Shown here piece after piece: positions 52,878 to 64,000 of a stretch of DNA of 64,000 bases. This DNA comes from Mobula hypostoma (lineage: Eukaryota). The stretch covers positions 87,546,001-87,610,000 of the forward strand of contig NC_086108.1 in the NCBI RefSeq assembly GCF_963921235.1, given 5' to 3'. The notes beneath the pieces are model-generated. The model was given only the letters and a program-made list of their open reading frames with translations. It made no database searches and was not told the DNA's origin. Position 1 is the stretch's first letter. Every line of letters starts with the position of its first letter. Both the position numbers and the translations under genes were made by a program.

Positions 52878-53575
52878 TTCCGGTTAAAGGTGGCACTGGT
52901 GAAACACAGCGATGACTTGCTGTTAGCAAGCAAAACTACTAACTACTTTATTAATCATACTTTTTCTCAAAAACAATCACTGCAATCAATAGCCTGTGAC
53001 TTCCTTTTCGAGTTGAACTTTTGATCTGCCTGTATGACCTGGTATTTTTGCAGTGGGAACTGTAGTCTAGAAGGTGCAGGACAGTTGTGGTTTGGTGTAA
53101 ATGGGCTGAATCAAGGAGGCAGGGCCCAGGCTCAGGAATGAGGAATGACCCAATGTTTGGCTGATTTAGACACAAAGTGAAAAGATCAGGGTGTTGGGGC
53201 CGGAGGAGACGGACAAGTCGGTGTTCAGCTTGCTGCTCATGAGGCTTACTTGTCTCTGCGCAGAGCTAAGTTCTGTGGCCGGCAAGCACACCAGCTAGCA
53301 CTGCACCCCTGGTGGCCGGCAAGTAACGGGCTCCTGGATTGGTTGTGACTGGCATCATGGCTGTGGACTCAATTTGTGAACTTCAGTTCTGAATGTTATT
53401 TGCTTACTTTTATTATTTGCACAATCATTTATTTTTCGCTGCAAATTGGGTGTCTGACAGTCTTTTTTTTTAAATGGGTACCACTGGCATTCTTTTTTTG
53501 TGGCTGCCTGTAAAGAGACAAATCTCAAGGTTGTATATGGAATACATACTTCAATAATAAATATAGTTTGAACCT
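52878..53575 (+). mobile_element. Non-autonomous retroposon with a Rex1-like 3' tail; family unresolved
   Basis: Its 3' end (aatctcaaggttgtatatgg...aataaa...tttgaac) resembles 46500-46570. Confidence 0.45.
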
Positions 53576-54824
53576 AAGATAGACACAATGTGAAGTGCAG
53601 AATTAAACATTATATGGACATTCAATACAGACTGTCAGTCCCAGGGACCTCATTAACATGTAAATAATTGTAACAATTTCAATTATGTTTCTAGCAATGG
53701 ACAATCTAAATGCAGGCTCAGACCCAGTTCCATGCAAAACATTGCATAATATAACAGCCACAATCCTAGCATTTGATCAAATTCAGGATCAGGGCAGCAC
53801 CTGACATGTCTCAAATGAATCCTTCATTTACTTATTGGAATTTACCTATTGTACATCTACATTAAATAATGATGAATTTGAGGTGCTTTTGTGGTGTAAT
53901 CTAGTCTAAAGAATTTTTGCAGCATTTCAGTCACAAAATTATTAGCAAGATCGCAGAATACATAGTTCTCTGTGGTTCTGAGGCAGTGCATGGATGTTGG
54001 TTTCCTCATTTGATTTGCATTTGGGTGCAGATCCCATTGCACTTTTGAAGTGGAACAGGTGTGTAGCTAATATTCCTCTCTCAATCACTGTCACCATATC
54101 CGATGAGTCATTTACTCATTTTCCAAATGTGGCAAATTGTCCTCTGAGTATACACATCACACTGGAGTTCAACAAAAATCATCAATTTTGGATAGCATCA
54201 CATCTCAAGTTCGATCTTCCATTTACTCTTGATTTTGAGCTGTCACAGAAAATTCTGTTTTTCTTTCTTGTTATATATTGAAGTAATTTAGATTACTTAA
54301 GAGAGAATTTTATTTTACATTGACTCCATTACGCAAATAATAAAATCTTCAGAGAGCATAAAACTACTCAGTTCATTAGCATTTGCTGGTTTAAGCATTT
54401 TCTAAACTGTTCATGGCCAAATAGCAATCAAAGCATAATACATATATAATATATATAGTACAGTCAGAACAAACTCCCACCTTTCAGCAGTTCAGGGCTA
54501 GAAGTTTCCTTTCATTCAAATGGTTATTAAACATTTTTCTCTTTCAGATTCAAACAGCCCTGAACTGCTGAGTTCCTCTAGAAGTTTGATTTTAATCTTG
54601 TTTAGTACTTGTCAGATTCACAAACTACCCTTTACCTATTGTATTCCTACAATAAATTTTCTGCATTTCCAACAGAGTAATGATATATCATTCTATGTAC
54701 AACCTTGTGGGCAGTGACATGCAGTGCACTGCCCCAAACAGTTATCTGTTAAATGTGATTTATAAAATTTCATGAATTTATAAGCCTGTAGAATTAGGCT
54801 ATGCTTGTTACAAAGGTGCATTAC

Positions 54825-55007
54825 CTGTTTGGATTCATCATATACGGGTGTATCAGCAAAACAGTAGTGATGGAAGAGCCCCATCTTTTGACTGAGGAGA
54901 CAATGCACCACATGAGAGCGTGCATTCTGCCATTGGATAAGACGAATCAATTCTCGATTTAATGATACTCCCAGATCCACTGACCAATTATAGGTATATA
55001 AAATCAA
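54825..55007 (-). CDS. SZT2: SZT2 coding exon: [61 protein letters not shown]
   Basis: ttttgcctccag| acceptor, CAG|gtaatg donor, 183 nt, phase 0-0. Matches recalled SZT2 'TYNW.DLG..L.R.L.RL.QWQNAR.H...CLLSQK.GLFHHY'. Confidence 0.95.
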
Positions 55008-55451
55008 CTGGAGGCAAAATGAGAGCACGTCAGCATGCATAAACAGATTACATGATAAACAAGTTTTAAAATGGACAATAACATAAGAGAAAAGGCTGCA
55101 AACTAGTGAAATGACAGCAATGCCACCAACACCCAGAGCTTCAGCATTTCGTGAAAAATATTTGCACCTATAACTTTAACTTATTTTTTCCCTTTATCAA
55201 AATTAATGGACTTACTTTACCTTCTCAGTCCCAGAATAAACTTAAAATAAGTGAATATGGACATGATTTACAAGGAGTATTTTTTCTTCAGGAAATGTAT
55301 AGGAAGAAATTGCTGCAGACAAAATAGTCATGAGCACCAAAATGGAAATCCTGTTTTATATCAACAGTAATGTTTAAAGAATTTTATTATGTTATTCTCA
55401 CAGGAGGAGTTAAGGGGCTACAAATAATTTTTCCTGAATGGTTTTGCATAC

Positions 55452-55591
55452 CTTTTTGTCAATGATGTCAATTATGAGGAATCGCTGCCGGGGAACCACA
55501 CCTCTTCCACTAATTCCTGCACTTGAGGGGTCACCTGATTTCTCTGCAGTGCTGAACTCCACGGCCTCAAACCTCTGAAATCCTTTGTGAG
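55452..55591 (-). CDS. SZT2: SZT2 coding exon, first found in window: (A)HKGFQRFEAVEFSTAEKSGDPSSAGISGRGVVPRQRFLIIDIIDKK
   Basis: Donor AAG|gtatgc with GT at 55451-55450. The peptide resembles recalled human SZT2 'AAKAMQRFE...PRQRLLLLEVVDKK'. The 5' boundary is uncertain: aag| at 55591 (phase 1) or tttcag| at 55574 (phase 0). Confidence 0.85.
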
Positions 55592-56037
55592 CTTTATATA
55601 TTTTTCATGAGGTGAGAAAAAAAAAGTATTCAGACAGCATAAAACTGTAGGAAATCCATTTGATTTCTTATTTAAAAATTCTAAACAGCAAAAAAAATCA
55701 TGTAAAATTAAAAATGCACATTAGTTATCATAGCATATGATACATTCAGCATTTCATTGCACAGCAATAAACCATGTATCTATTTTAATTTCCAAAAAGG
55801 TTAGTTAACTGTAGCAGCATTTTGAAGCACAAAAGTGAAGGGCAAATTTAAATGCACGCCGAGTGATGATTCTATTAAAAATAAAGATCGATATTCCAGT
55901 CTACATCCAGGAAGCTTCCAGATGCTGCAGTGATGTCTTGGGGCTGAGTGCTAAATGCCAAAAGTAACAAATTTTCCCCCTTTATAAAAGTTGCTGGTGA
56001 ACGCAGCAGGCCAGGCAGCATCTCTAGGAAGAGGTGC

Positions 56038-56073
56038 AGTCGACGTTTCAGGCCGAGACCCTTCGTCAGGACT
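56038..56073 (-). ncRNA. Minimal type-I hammerhead ribozyme motif in the PLE terminal repeat
   Basis: AGUC-CUGACGA-agggucucggccu-GAAA-CG-UC-GACU. It has the conserved core boxes, helix I AGUC/GACU, a vestigial palindromic helix III and a GUC cleavage triplet. Confidence 0.75.
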
Positions 56074-58163
56074 AACTGAAGGAAGAGTGAGTAAGGGATT
56101 TGAAAGTTGGAGGGGGAGGGGGAGATCCAAAATGATAGGAGAAGACAGGAGGGGGAGGGATGGAGCCAAGAGCTGGACAGGTGATAGGCAAAAGGGATAC
56201 GAGAGGATTATGGGACAGGAGGTCCGGGAAGAAAGACAAGGGGGTGGGGGGGACCCAGAGGATGGGCAAGGGGTATATTCAGAGGGACAGAGGGAGAAAA
56301 AGGAGAGTGAGAGAAAGAATGTGTGTATAAAAATAAGTAACAGATGGGGTACGAGGGGGAGGTGGGGTATTAGCGGAAGTTAGAGAGTCAATGTTCATGC
56401 CATCAGGTTGGAGGCTACCCAGACGGAATATAAGGTGTTGTTCCTCCAACCTGAGTGTGGCCACTGGGAGATCCTGCTTTCTCTGGCGGACAGAGCGTAG
56501 ATGTTCAGCAAAGCGGTCTCCCAGTCTGCGTCGGATCTCGCCAATATATAAAAGGCCACATCGGGAGCACCGGACGCAGTATATCACCCTAGCCGACTCA
56601 CAGGTGAAGTGTTGCCTCACTTGGAAGGACTGTTTGGGGCCCTGAATGGTGGTAAGGAAGGAAGTGTAAGGGCATATGTAGCACTTGTTCCGCTTACACG
56701 GATAAGTGCCAGGAGGGAGATCAGTGGGGAGGGATGGGGGGGGACGAATGAACAAGGGAGTTGTGTAGGGAGCGATCCCTGCGGAATGCAGAGGGGGGGA
56801 GGGAAAGATGTGCTTAGTGGTGGGATCCCATTGGAGGTGGCGGAAGTTACGGAGAATAATATGTTGGACCCGGAGGCTGGTGGGGTGGTAGGTGAGGACC
56901 AGGGGAACCCTATTCCTAGTGGGGTGGTGGGAGGATGGAGTGAGAGCAGAGTTGATAGTGGAGGAAGGGAAGCCCCTTTCTTTAAAAAAGGAAGACATCT
57001 CCCTCGTCCTAGAATGAAAAGCCTCATCCTGAGAGCAGATGCGGCGGAGACGGAGGAATTGCGAGAAGGGGATGGCGTTTTTGCAAGAGACAGGGTGAGA
57101 AGAGGAATAGTCCAGATAGCTGTGAGAGTCAGTAGGCTTATAGTAGACATCAGTGGATAAGCTGTCTCCAGAGACAGAGACAGAAAGATCTAGAAAGGGG
57201 AGGGAGGTGTCGGAAATGGACCAGGTAAACTTGAGGGCAGGGTGAAAGTTGGAGGCAAAGTTAATAAAGTCAACGAGTTCTGCATGCGTGCAGGAAGCAG
57301 CGCCAATGCAGTCGTCGATGTAGCGAAGGAAAAGTGGGGGACAGATACCAGAATAGGCACGGAACATAGATTGTTCCACAAAGCCAACAAAAAGGCAGGC
57401 ATAGCTAGGACCCATATGGGTGCCCATAGCTACACCTTTAGTTTGGAGGAAGTGGGAGGAGCCAAAGGAGAAATTATTAAGAGTAAGGACTAATTCCGCT
57501 AGATGGAGCAGGGTGGTGGTAGAGGGGAACTGATTAGGTCTGGAATCCAAAAAGAAGCGTAGAGCTTTGAGACCTTCCTGATGGGGGATGGAAGTATATA
57601 GGGACTGGACATCCATGGTGAAAATAAAGCGGTGGGGGCCAGGGAACTTAAAATCATCGAAAAGTTTAAGAGTGTGAGAAGTGTCACGAACATAGGTCGG
57701 AAGGGATTGAACAAGGATTTCACATCCCATTCCCATTCTGACAAGTCTATCCACGGCCTCCTCTACTGTAAAGATGAAGCCACACTCAGGTTGGAGGAAC
57801 AACACCTTATATTCCGTCTGGGTAGCCTCCAACCTGATGGCATGAACATCGACTTCTCTAACTTCCGCTAATGCCCCACTTCCCCCTCGTATCCCATCTG
57901 TTACTTATTTTTATACACACATTCTTTCTCTCACTCTCCTTTTTCTCCCTCTGTCCCTCTGAATATACCCCTTGCCCATCCTCTGGGTTCCCCCCCCACC
58001 TCCTTGTCTTTCTTCCCGGACCTCCTGTCCCATAATCCTCTCGTATCCCTTTTGCCAATCACCTGTCCAGCTCTTGGCTCCATCCCTCCCCCTCCTGTCT
58101 TCTCCTATCATTTTGCATCTCCCCCTCCAACTTTCAAATCCCTTACTCACTCTTCCTTCAGTT

Positions 58164-58199
58164 AGTCCTGACGAAGGGTCTCGGCCCGAAACATCGACT
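58164..58199 (+). ncRNA. Minimal hammerhead ribozyme motif in the inverted PLE arm (helix III mutated, AUC triplet)
   Basis: AGUC-CUGACGA-agggucucggccc-GAAA-CA-UC-GACU. Confidence 0.65.
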
Positions 58200-58469
58200 G
58201 CATCTCTTCCTAGAGATGCTGCCTGGCCTGCTGCGTTCACCAGCAACTTTTACGTATGCTGCTTGAATTTCTAGCATCTGCAGAATTCCTGTTGTTTTCC
58301 CCCTTTATGCCAGATATTGCTCTGGTTATTGAAGAGCTTGCCCTCTTCAACCTCAGACTTTGGTTTTACTAAGGCTTTTGATACCATGTTTAGTAAATTG
58401 TCGCCCTAAATTTTAACGCCATCTTGCATTTTACCAATGGAATGCAGTTCATACAGAGGCTATAACAAG

Positions 58470-58720
58470 TGGTAACACAGGAGCACAGCAGTTACTGCTG
58501 CTGCCTCACAGATCCAGGGAACCAGATTTGATACCAATTTTGGGTGCTGTACTTGCATACGTTGCACATGGTCTCTGCTGCTTTGGGATAACCCAATTTC
58601 CTCCCATGCCCTAAAGATATACTGTAGGTTAGGTAGGTTTGCCAGCTGCTGTAAATGATCCCTGCAGAGTAGGTTAAAGTCAAATAATCAAAGAGAATTG
58701 GGTTGATACGCATGTGTGAC
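58470..58720 (+). mobile_element. Decayed tRNA-derived SINE
   Basis: 'gctgcctcacag.tccagg.a.c.ag.tttgat' head and 'tttcctcccat.ccc.aaaga' core. Confidence 0.55.
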
Positions 58721-59805
58721 AGAAAGAATAAGATTCAGAGTTAAAGGGAAAAAAGGAGAGAGATAATAGCATTAACAAGACTGCTCACTGAGAGCTTGCA
58801 TATGGAGCCCAGGGCAAAATGTCCCCTTATTGTGCACTTTAAGTATAAGACCTAAAGCCAAGTTCTATTTCCAAGACCAAAACCAAGCATAAGAGGACAG
58901 GACCTACAAATGTTGCTTCCTACAGGGTTGACAGCTCTTTCTATTCAGTTACAACTGTAAGTTAGTCATCATACAGAGCAGAAATAAGCTCTTCAATGCA
59001 CCCTATACATACTGACCATTGAGCACCTAATACACACTAATCCCATTTACTAGCACTAGCTCTGTTGAATTCCATGTTTGAGTAATTGAAGTGCTCTTCT
59101 CAATATTTAAATGTTGTGAAGTCAGGCTGAATTTGTCCAGCATTCTGTCTCTACTGGCACTGGTTAACGTGCAACATGGCAGGATATGACCCACCATTTG
59201 TCAGCACTTTGCTTGGGACATCATTTGGTTTGAGGTTCTCAAGTTACACGTTTGACTCTAAACCTTATTAATGTACAGAGGGATCGTGGATACGAAGTCC
59301 CTGCTCCGTGAAAGGGGCTACACAAAGTTGATGGAATAGTAAAGAAAGCATATAGCATCCTTGTTTTTATTGGTCAGGGCATTGAGTTGCAGAGTCAGGA
59401 AGATATGTTGTAGCTTTACGAAACACTGATGAGGTTGCATCTACAGCACTGAATTTAATTGTGGTTGCCCGATTATAGGAAGGATGTGGAGGCATGGGTA
59501 GGGTGCAGAAAAAGTTTACCAGGATGCTGCCTGGATTAGAGGACGTCGGAAATAAGGTGAAGTTTGATGAACTACAGTAACGGTCGAGGCTGATGGGAGA
59601 CCTGATAAAAGTTTTTAAAATTATGAGTGGCATGGACAGACAACCAGCATTTTTCCTGCAGGTCAAAATGTTGAATTGTAGAGGGCATGCTTTTAAGGTG
59701 AGAGGTGGAAAATTTAAAGATGACATGTGGGACAAACCCTTTATTTTTAAACGAAGAAAATAGTGCGTGCCTGAAATGGATTTCCAGATGGTGTTGGAGG
59801 CAGGT

Positions 59806-61463
59806 ACGAGGAATTCTGCAGATGCTGGAAATTCAAGCAACACACTAAGTTGCTGGTGAACAGGCAGCATCTCTAGGAAGAGGTACAGTCGACGTTTCGG
59901 GCCGAGACCCTTCGTCAGGACTAATTGAAGGAAGAGCTAGTAAGAGATTTGAAAGTGGGAGGGGGAGGGGGAGATCCAAAATGATAGGCGAAGACAGGAG
60001 AGGGAGGGATGGAGCCAAGAGCTGGACAGGTGATTGGCAAAAGGGATATGAGAGGATCATGGGACAGGAGGCCCAGGGAGAAGGAAAAGGGGGAGGGAGA
60101 GAAAAAACCCAGAGGATGGGCAAGGGGTATAGTCAGACAGAGAAAAAGGAGAGAGAGAGAAGAATGTGTGTATATAAACAAATAACAGATGGGGTACGAG
60201 GGGGAGGTGGGGTATTAGCGGAAGTTAGAGAGTCAATGTTCATGCCATCAGGTTGGAGGCTACCCAGACGGAATATAAGGTGTTGTTCCTCCAACCTGAG
60301 TGTGGCTACATCTTTACAGTAGAGGAGGCCATGGATAGACATATCAGAATGGGAGTGGGATGTGGAATTAAAATGTGTGGCCACTGGGAGATCCTGCTTT
60401 CTCTGGCGGTCAGAGCGTAGGTGTTCAGCAAAACGATCTCCCAGTCTGCGTCGGGAGTCGTTAATATATAGAAGGCCACATCGGGAGCACCGGTGTCGCC
60501 TCACCTGGAAGGACTGTCTGGGGCCCTGAATGGTGGTAAGGGAGGAAGTGTAAGGGCATGTGTAGCACTTGTTCCACTTACAAGGATAAGTGCCAGGAGG
60601 GAGATCAGTGGGGAGTGATGGAGGGGACGAATGGACAAGGGAGTCGCGTAGGGAGCGATCCCTGCGGAAAGCAGAGAGGGGAGGGAGGGAAAGATGTGCT
60701 TAGTGGTGGGGTCCCGTTGGAGGTGGTGGAAGTTACGGAGAATAATATGTTGGACCCAGAGGCTGGTGAGGTGGTAGGTGAGGACCAGGGGAACCCTATT
60801 CCTAATAGGGTGGCGGGAGGATGGAGTGAGAGCAGATGTGCGTGAAATGGGGGAGATGTGTTTGAGAGCAGAATTGATGATGGAGGAAGGGAAGCCCCTT
60901 TCTTTAAAAAAGGAGGACATCTCCCTCGTCCTGGAATGAAAAGCCTCATCCTGAAAGCAGATGCGGTGGAGACGGAGGAATTGCGAGAAGGGAATGGCAT
61001 TTTTGGAAGAGACAGGGTGAGAAGAGGAATAGTCCAGATAGCTGTGAGAGTCAGTAGGCTTATAGTAGCCATCAGTAGATAAGCTGTCTCCAGAGATAGA
61101 GACAGAAAGACCTAGAAAGGGGAGGGAGGTATCAGAAATGGACCAGGTAAACTTGAGGGCAGGGTGAAAGTTAGAGGCAAAGTTAATGAAGTCAACGAGC
61201 TCAGCATGTATGCAGGAAGCAGCGCCAATGCAGTCGTTGATGTAGCGAAGAAAAAGTGGGGGACAGATACCAGAATAGGTTTGGAACACAGATTGTTCCA
61301 CAAAGCCAACAAAAAGGCAGGCATAGCTAGGACCCATACGGGTGCCCATAGCTACACCTGTAGTTTGGAGGAAGTGGGAGGAGCCAAAGGAGAAATTATT
61401 AAGAGTAAGGACTAATTCCGCTAGACGGAGCAGAGTGGTGGTAGAGGGGAACTGATTAGGTCT
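59806..61463 (-). mobile_element. Second Penelope-like element, 5'-truncated, no inverted arm
   Basis: ORFs 60501-61349 (RT, YIDD mutated to YIND) and 60133-60504 (GIY-YIG). Flanking tggaggcag(g/a)t at 59795-59805 and 61466-61476. Confidence 0.92.
59887..59922 (-). ncRNA. Minimal type-I hammerhead ribozyme motif (best-preserved copy)
   Basis: AGUC-CUGACGA-agggucucggccc-GAAA-CG-UC-GACU. Confidence 0.78.
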
Positions 61464-61489
61464 AATGGAGGCAGATGTTATATTTATAA

Positions 61490-62768
61490 GGCAGATGCCA
61501 TCTCTCTGGCCCTACATTCCTCCTTAGAACACCTGGAGAATAAAGACGCATATGTAAGGCTCCTTTTCATTGACTACAGCTCTGCCTTTAATACCATCAT
61601 CCCAAATAAACTGATTCTTAAGCTCCGGAACCTGGGTCTTAGCACTCAGATCTGCAGCTGGATCTTCAACTTCCGCACAGACAGGACCCAGGCTGTAAAA
61701 ATAGGGGAGAAGCTCTCCTCTACAATCACCCTGAGCACTGGTGCCCCACAAGGCTGTGTACTCAGCTCCCTGCTGTACTCACTGTACACCCATGATTTCG
61801 TAGCCAAGTTTCCATCAAAATCAACATATAAGTTTGCTGATGACACAACAATTGTAGGCCGTATCTCGGGTAATGATGAGTTTGAGTACAGAGAGGAAAT
61901 TAAGAAGCTGGTGGCATGGTGCGAAGACAATAACCTATCCCTCAACGTCAGCAAGACGAAGGAATTGGTTGTTGACTTCAGGAGTAGCGGACCGCACGAC
62001 CCCATTTACATTGGTGGTGCGCAAGTGGAACAGGTCAAAAGCTTTAAGTTCCTCAGGGTCAATGTCACAAATGACCTGACTTGGTCCAACCAAGCAGAGT
62101 TCACTGCCAAGAAGGCCCACCAGCGCCTTTACTTCCTGAGAAAACTAAAGAAATCTGGACTGTCCCCTAAAACCCTCACTAATTTTTATAGATGCACCGT
62201 AGAAAGCATTCTTCTAGGGTGCATCACAACCTGGTATGGAAGTTGTCCTGTCCAAGACTGAAAGAAGCTGCAGATGACTGTGAACACGGCGCAGCACATC
62301 ACACAAACCAATCTTCCGTCCATGGACTCACTTTACACCACACGCTGTCGGAGCAGTACTGCCAGGATAATCAAGGACATGACCCACCCAGCCAACAGAC
62401 TTTTCGTCCCTCTTCCCTCCGGGAAAAGATTCAGGAGCTTGAAGACTCGTACGGCCAGATTTGGGAACAGCTTCTTTCCAAATGTGATAAGACTGCTGAA
62501 CGGATCCTGACCCACATCTGGGCTGTACCCTCCAAATATCCGGACCTGCCTCTCGGTTTTTTTGCACTACCTTACTCCCCATTTTTCTATTTTCTATTTA
62601 TGATTTATAATTTAAATTTTTAATATTTACTAATTTTAACTATTTTTAATATTTTTAATATTTAATATTTGTAATCCACAGAGTGTGAAGCGCAGAATCA
62701 AATATCGCTGTGATTGTACATTCTAGTACCAATTGTTTGGTGACAGTAAAGAATAAAGTATAAAGTAT
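61490..62768 (+). mobile_element. Rex1/Babar-like LINE 3' fragment (RT and C-terminus)
   Basis: '[12 protein letters not shown]', 'GAPQGCVLS', 'KFADDT', '[14 protein letters not shown]', '[11 protein letters not shown]'; tail aataaagtataaagtata. Confidence 0.92.
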
Positions 62769-63224
62769 ATTGGCAATTAAGAGGCTCTTAAGTATGCAGA
62801 TGAATATGCAGAGAATGGAGAGATATAGACCACATATTGGCTGAAGGGATTAATTTAATTAGGCATCATTAGCTTAATTAATTTGGCACAACATGACGGG
62901 CTGAAGAGCCTGTTCCCGTGCTGTTACACTGTTCTATGTTCACCGAATCAAACTGTCAAAACAAGATTGTTTGGTAGCAGAGAAGGATTTAGAAAAACAT
63001 GTAATCTTCATGTAGATATTCGCATAACTTAACACAGCTGTGGGATTTCCTTGGTGCAAAGACTAAATTGCCCAGAAATTGCACAGTTGTCAGAAGTGGG
63101 AAATGTTGGCTCATTTTTCCAGTTTCAGGACACTCCAATGCTGGGTACATTGGTAGATTTGCAGAGATCTTCAACAGATACCTGTCTGCACCTGGTCACA
63201 TTTGGATGAGTGAGGCTTCTAGCA

Positions 63225-63580
63225 TTTTCTCTGGGCTTTTCTCTTTAGAGAGAAGGAGGATGAGAGGTGACTTGTTAGAGGTGTACAAGATGATAAGAGG
63301 TATAGATCAAGTAGACAGCCAGAGACTTTATCCCAGTGTGGAAGTAGTTAATACAAGAGGCATAATTTTAAGGTGATCAGAGGATAATTTTGGGGGGAGG
63401 TTCTGTCAGAGGTAACTTGCGTGGTGGGTGCATGGAATGCCCTAAGAGACTCTTAGATAGGCACATGGATGATAGAAAAATGGACAACTACGTAGGAGTG
63501 AAGGGTTAGATTGATCTCAGTATAGGTTAAAATGCCGGTACAGCATCATGGACCAAAGGGCCTGTACTATGCTGTAGTGC
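63225..63580 (+). mobile_element. CR1 3' fragment
   Basis: 'GLFSLERRRMRGDLLEVYKMIRGID.VDSQRL'. Confidence 0.85.
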
Positions 63581-64000
63581 CCCATCTATTATTATACATC
63601 TTGCAAGTTCAGATGTATAAGACCATGAGACAAAGGAGCAGAATTATGCCATTTGGCCCATCGAGTCTGATGTGCCATTCATTTTTTTTCCTCTTATTTT
63701 CCCTGCTCAGACCCACTCCCCAGCCTTCTCCCCATATCCTTTGGTACTTGCTAAAGAACACCCATACTTATGGCCTCAGCAAAATAAACCAGTTATGGTA
63801 ATGATAACCTTCTGCTGTAAGGTCAGTTACAGGCCAAAGCAAGGCAGCGATGCCAGGCCCCAGAGTGCATCAAAGCAACAGGACTCGATGTTTGGATGGA
63901 GACTTGAGCACAGGGCTGAATTTGAAAAGCCGGGTACAGGCTGAATCGAGGCAATGGAACCCGATGCTTGGATGTCAATTAAGGCGCTGGGCTAGATTGA

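Larger units (their letters stand above)
55986..58294 (-). mobile_element. Penelope-like element (PLE; RT plus GIY-YIG endonuclease, Neptune-like), 5'-truncated, with an inverted copy of its 3' end and a 14-bp TSD
   Basis: RT 'MDVQSLYTSIP', 'GVAMG..MGPSYACLF', 'RYIDD'; Cys linker CKRNKCYIC; 'VIYCVRC..C.LLYIGE'. Inverted arm at about 57719-58294. TSD ttttccccctttat at 55972-55985 and 58295-58308. Confidence 0.93.
59250..62940 (+). mobile_element. Decayed CR1 3' fragment (59250-59805, resuming at about 62769-62940) hosting PLE and Rex1 insertions
   Basis: CR1 C-terminal blocks lie on both sides of the inserts, with a CR1-type terminus at about 62890-62940. Confidence 0.75.

Noticed and set aside
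56279..57832. 517-aa ORF as an intact or domesticated RT-endonuclease gene
   Set aside because: The N-terminus is read from the inverted arm, the RT is 5'-truncated, the linker and C-terminus are frameshifted, and there are internal deletions.
55592..64000. Further upstream SZT2 exons
   Set aside because: I could not identify one by eye. The region is mostly PLE, CR1 and Rex1 sequence, and a small exon could have been missed.

Overview
This is vertebrate nuclear DNA, not prokaryotic. The repeat landscape (CR1, Rex1/Babar, Neptune-like Penelope elements, V-SINE-like SINEs) suggests a cartilaginous fish, probably a ray; that assignment is inference. The whole window lies inside one minus-strand gene, SZT2 (KICSTOR scaffold). 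I trace 12 GT-AG coding exons from 55591 down to 1225 (1759 nt, about 586 codons). Their splice phases chain consistently and the peptide matches my recollection of the C-terminal part of vertebrate SZT2. The gene continues beyond both window edges. The introns are packed with nested, mostly dead retroelements plus a few DNA transposons. I found no new multi-gene system. The most interesting signals are: (1) a candidate in-frame 66-nt cassette exon at 18675-18740 flanked by RBFOX motifs; (2) Penelope-derived fold-back insertions of three sizes, with minimal hammerhead ribozyme motifs, where the two small ones turn back inside the ribozyme core; (3) an ~850-nt CT/CA repeat that forms the entire polypyrimidine tract of one exon; (4) an isolated near-perfect 35-bp intronic hairpin; and (5) a probable local gene-conversion tract between two neighbouring Penelope copies. 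All homology calls come from recognising sequence by eye, with no database search. Repeat boundaries are approximate unless a target-site duplication (TSD) is given.
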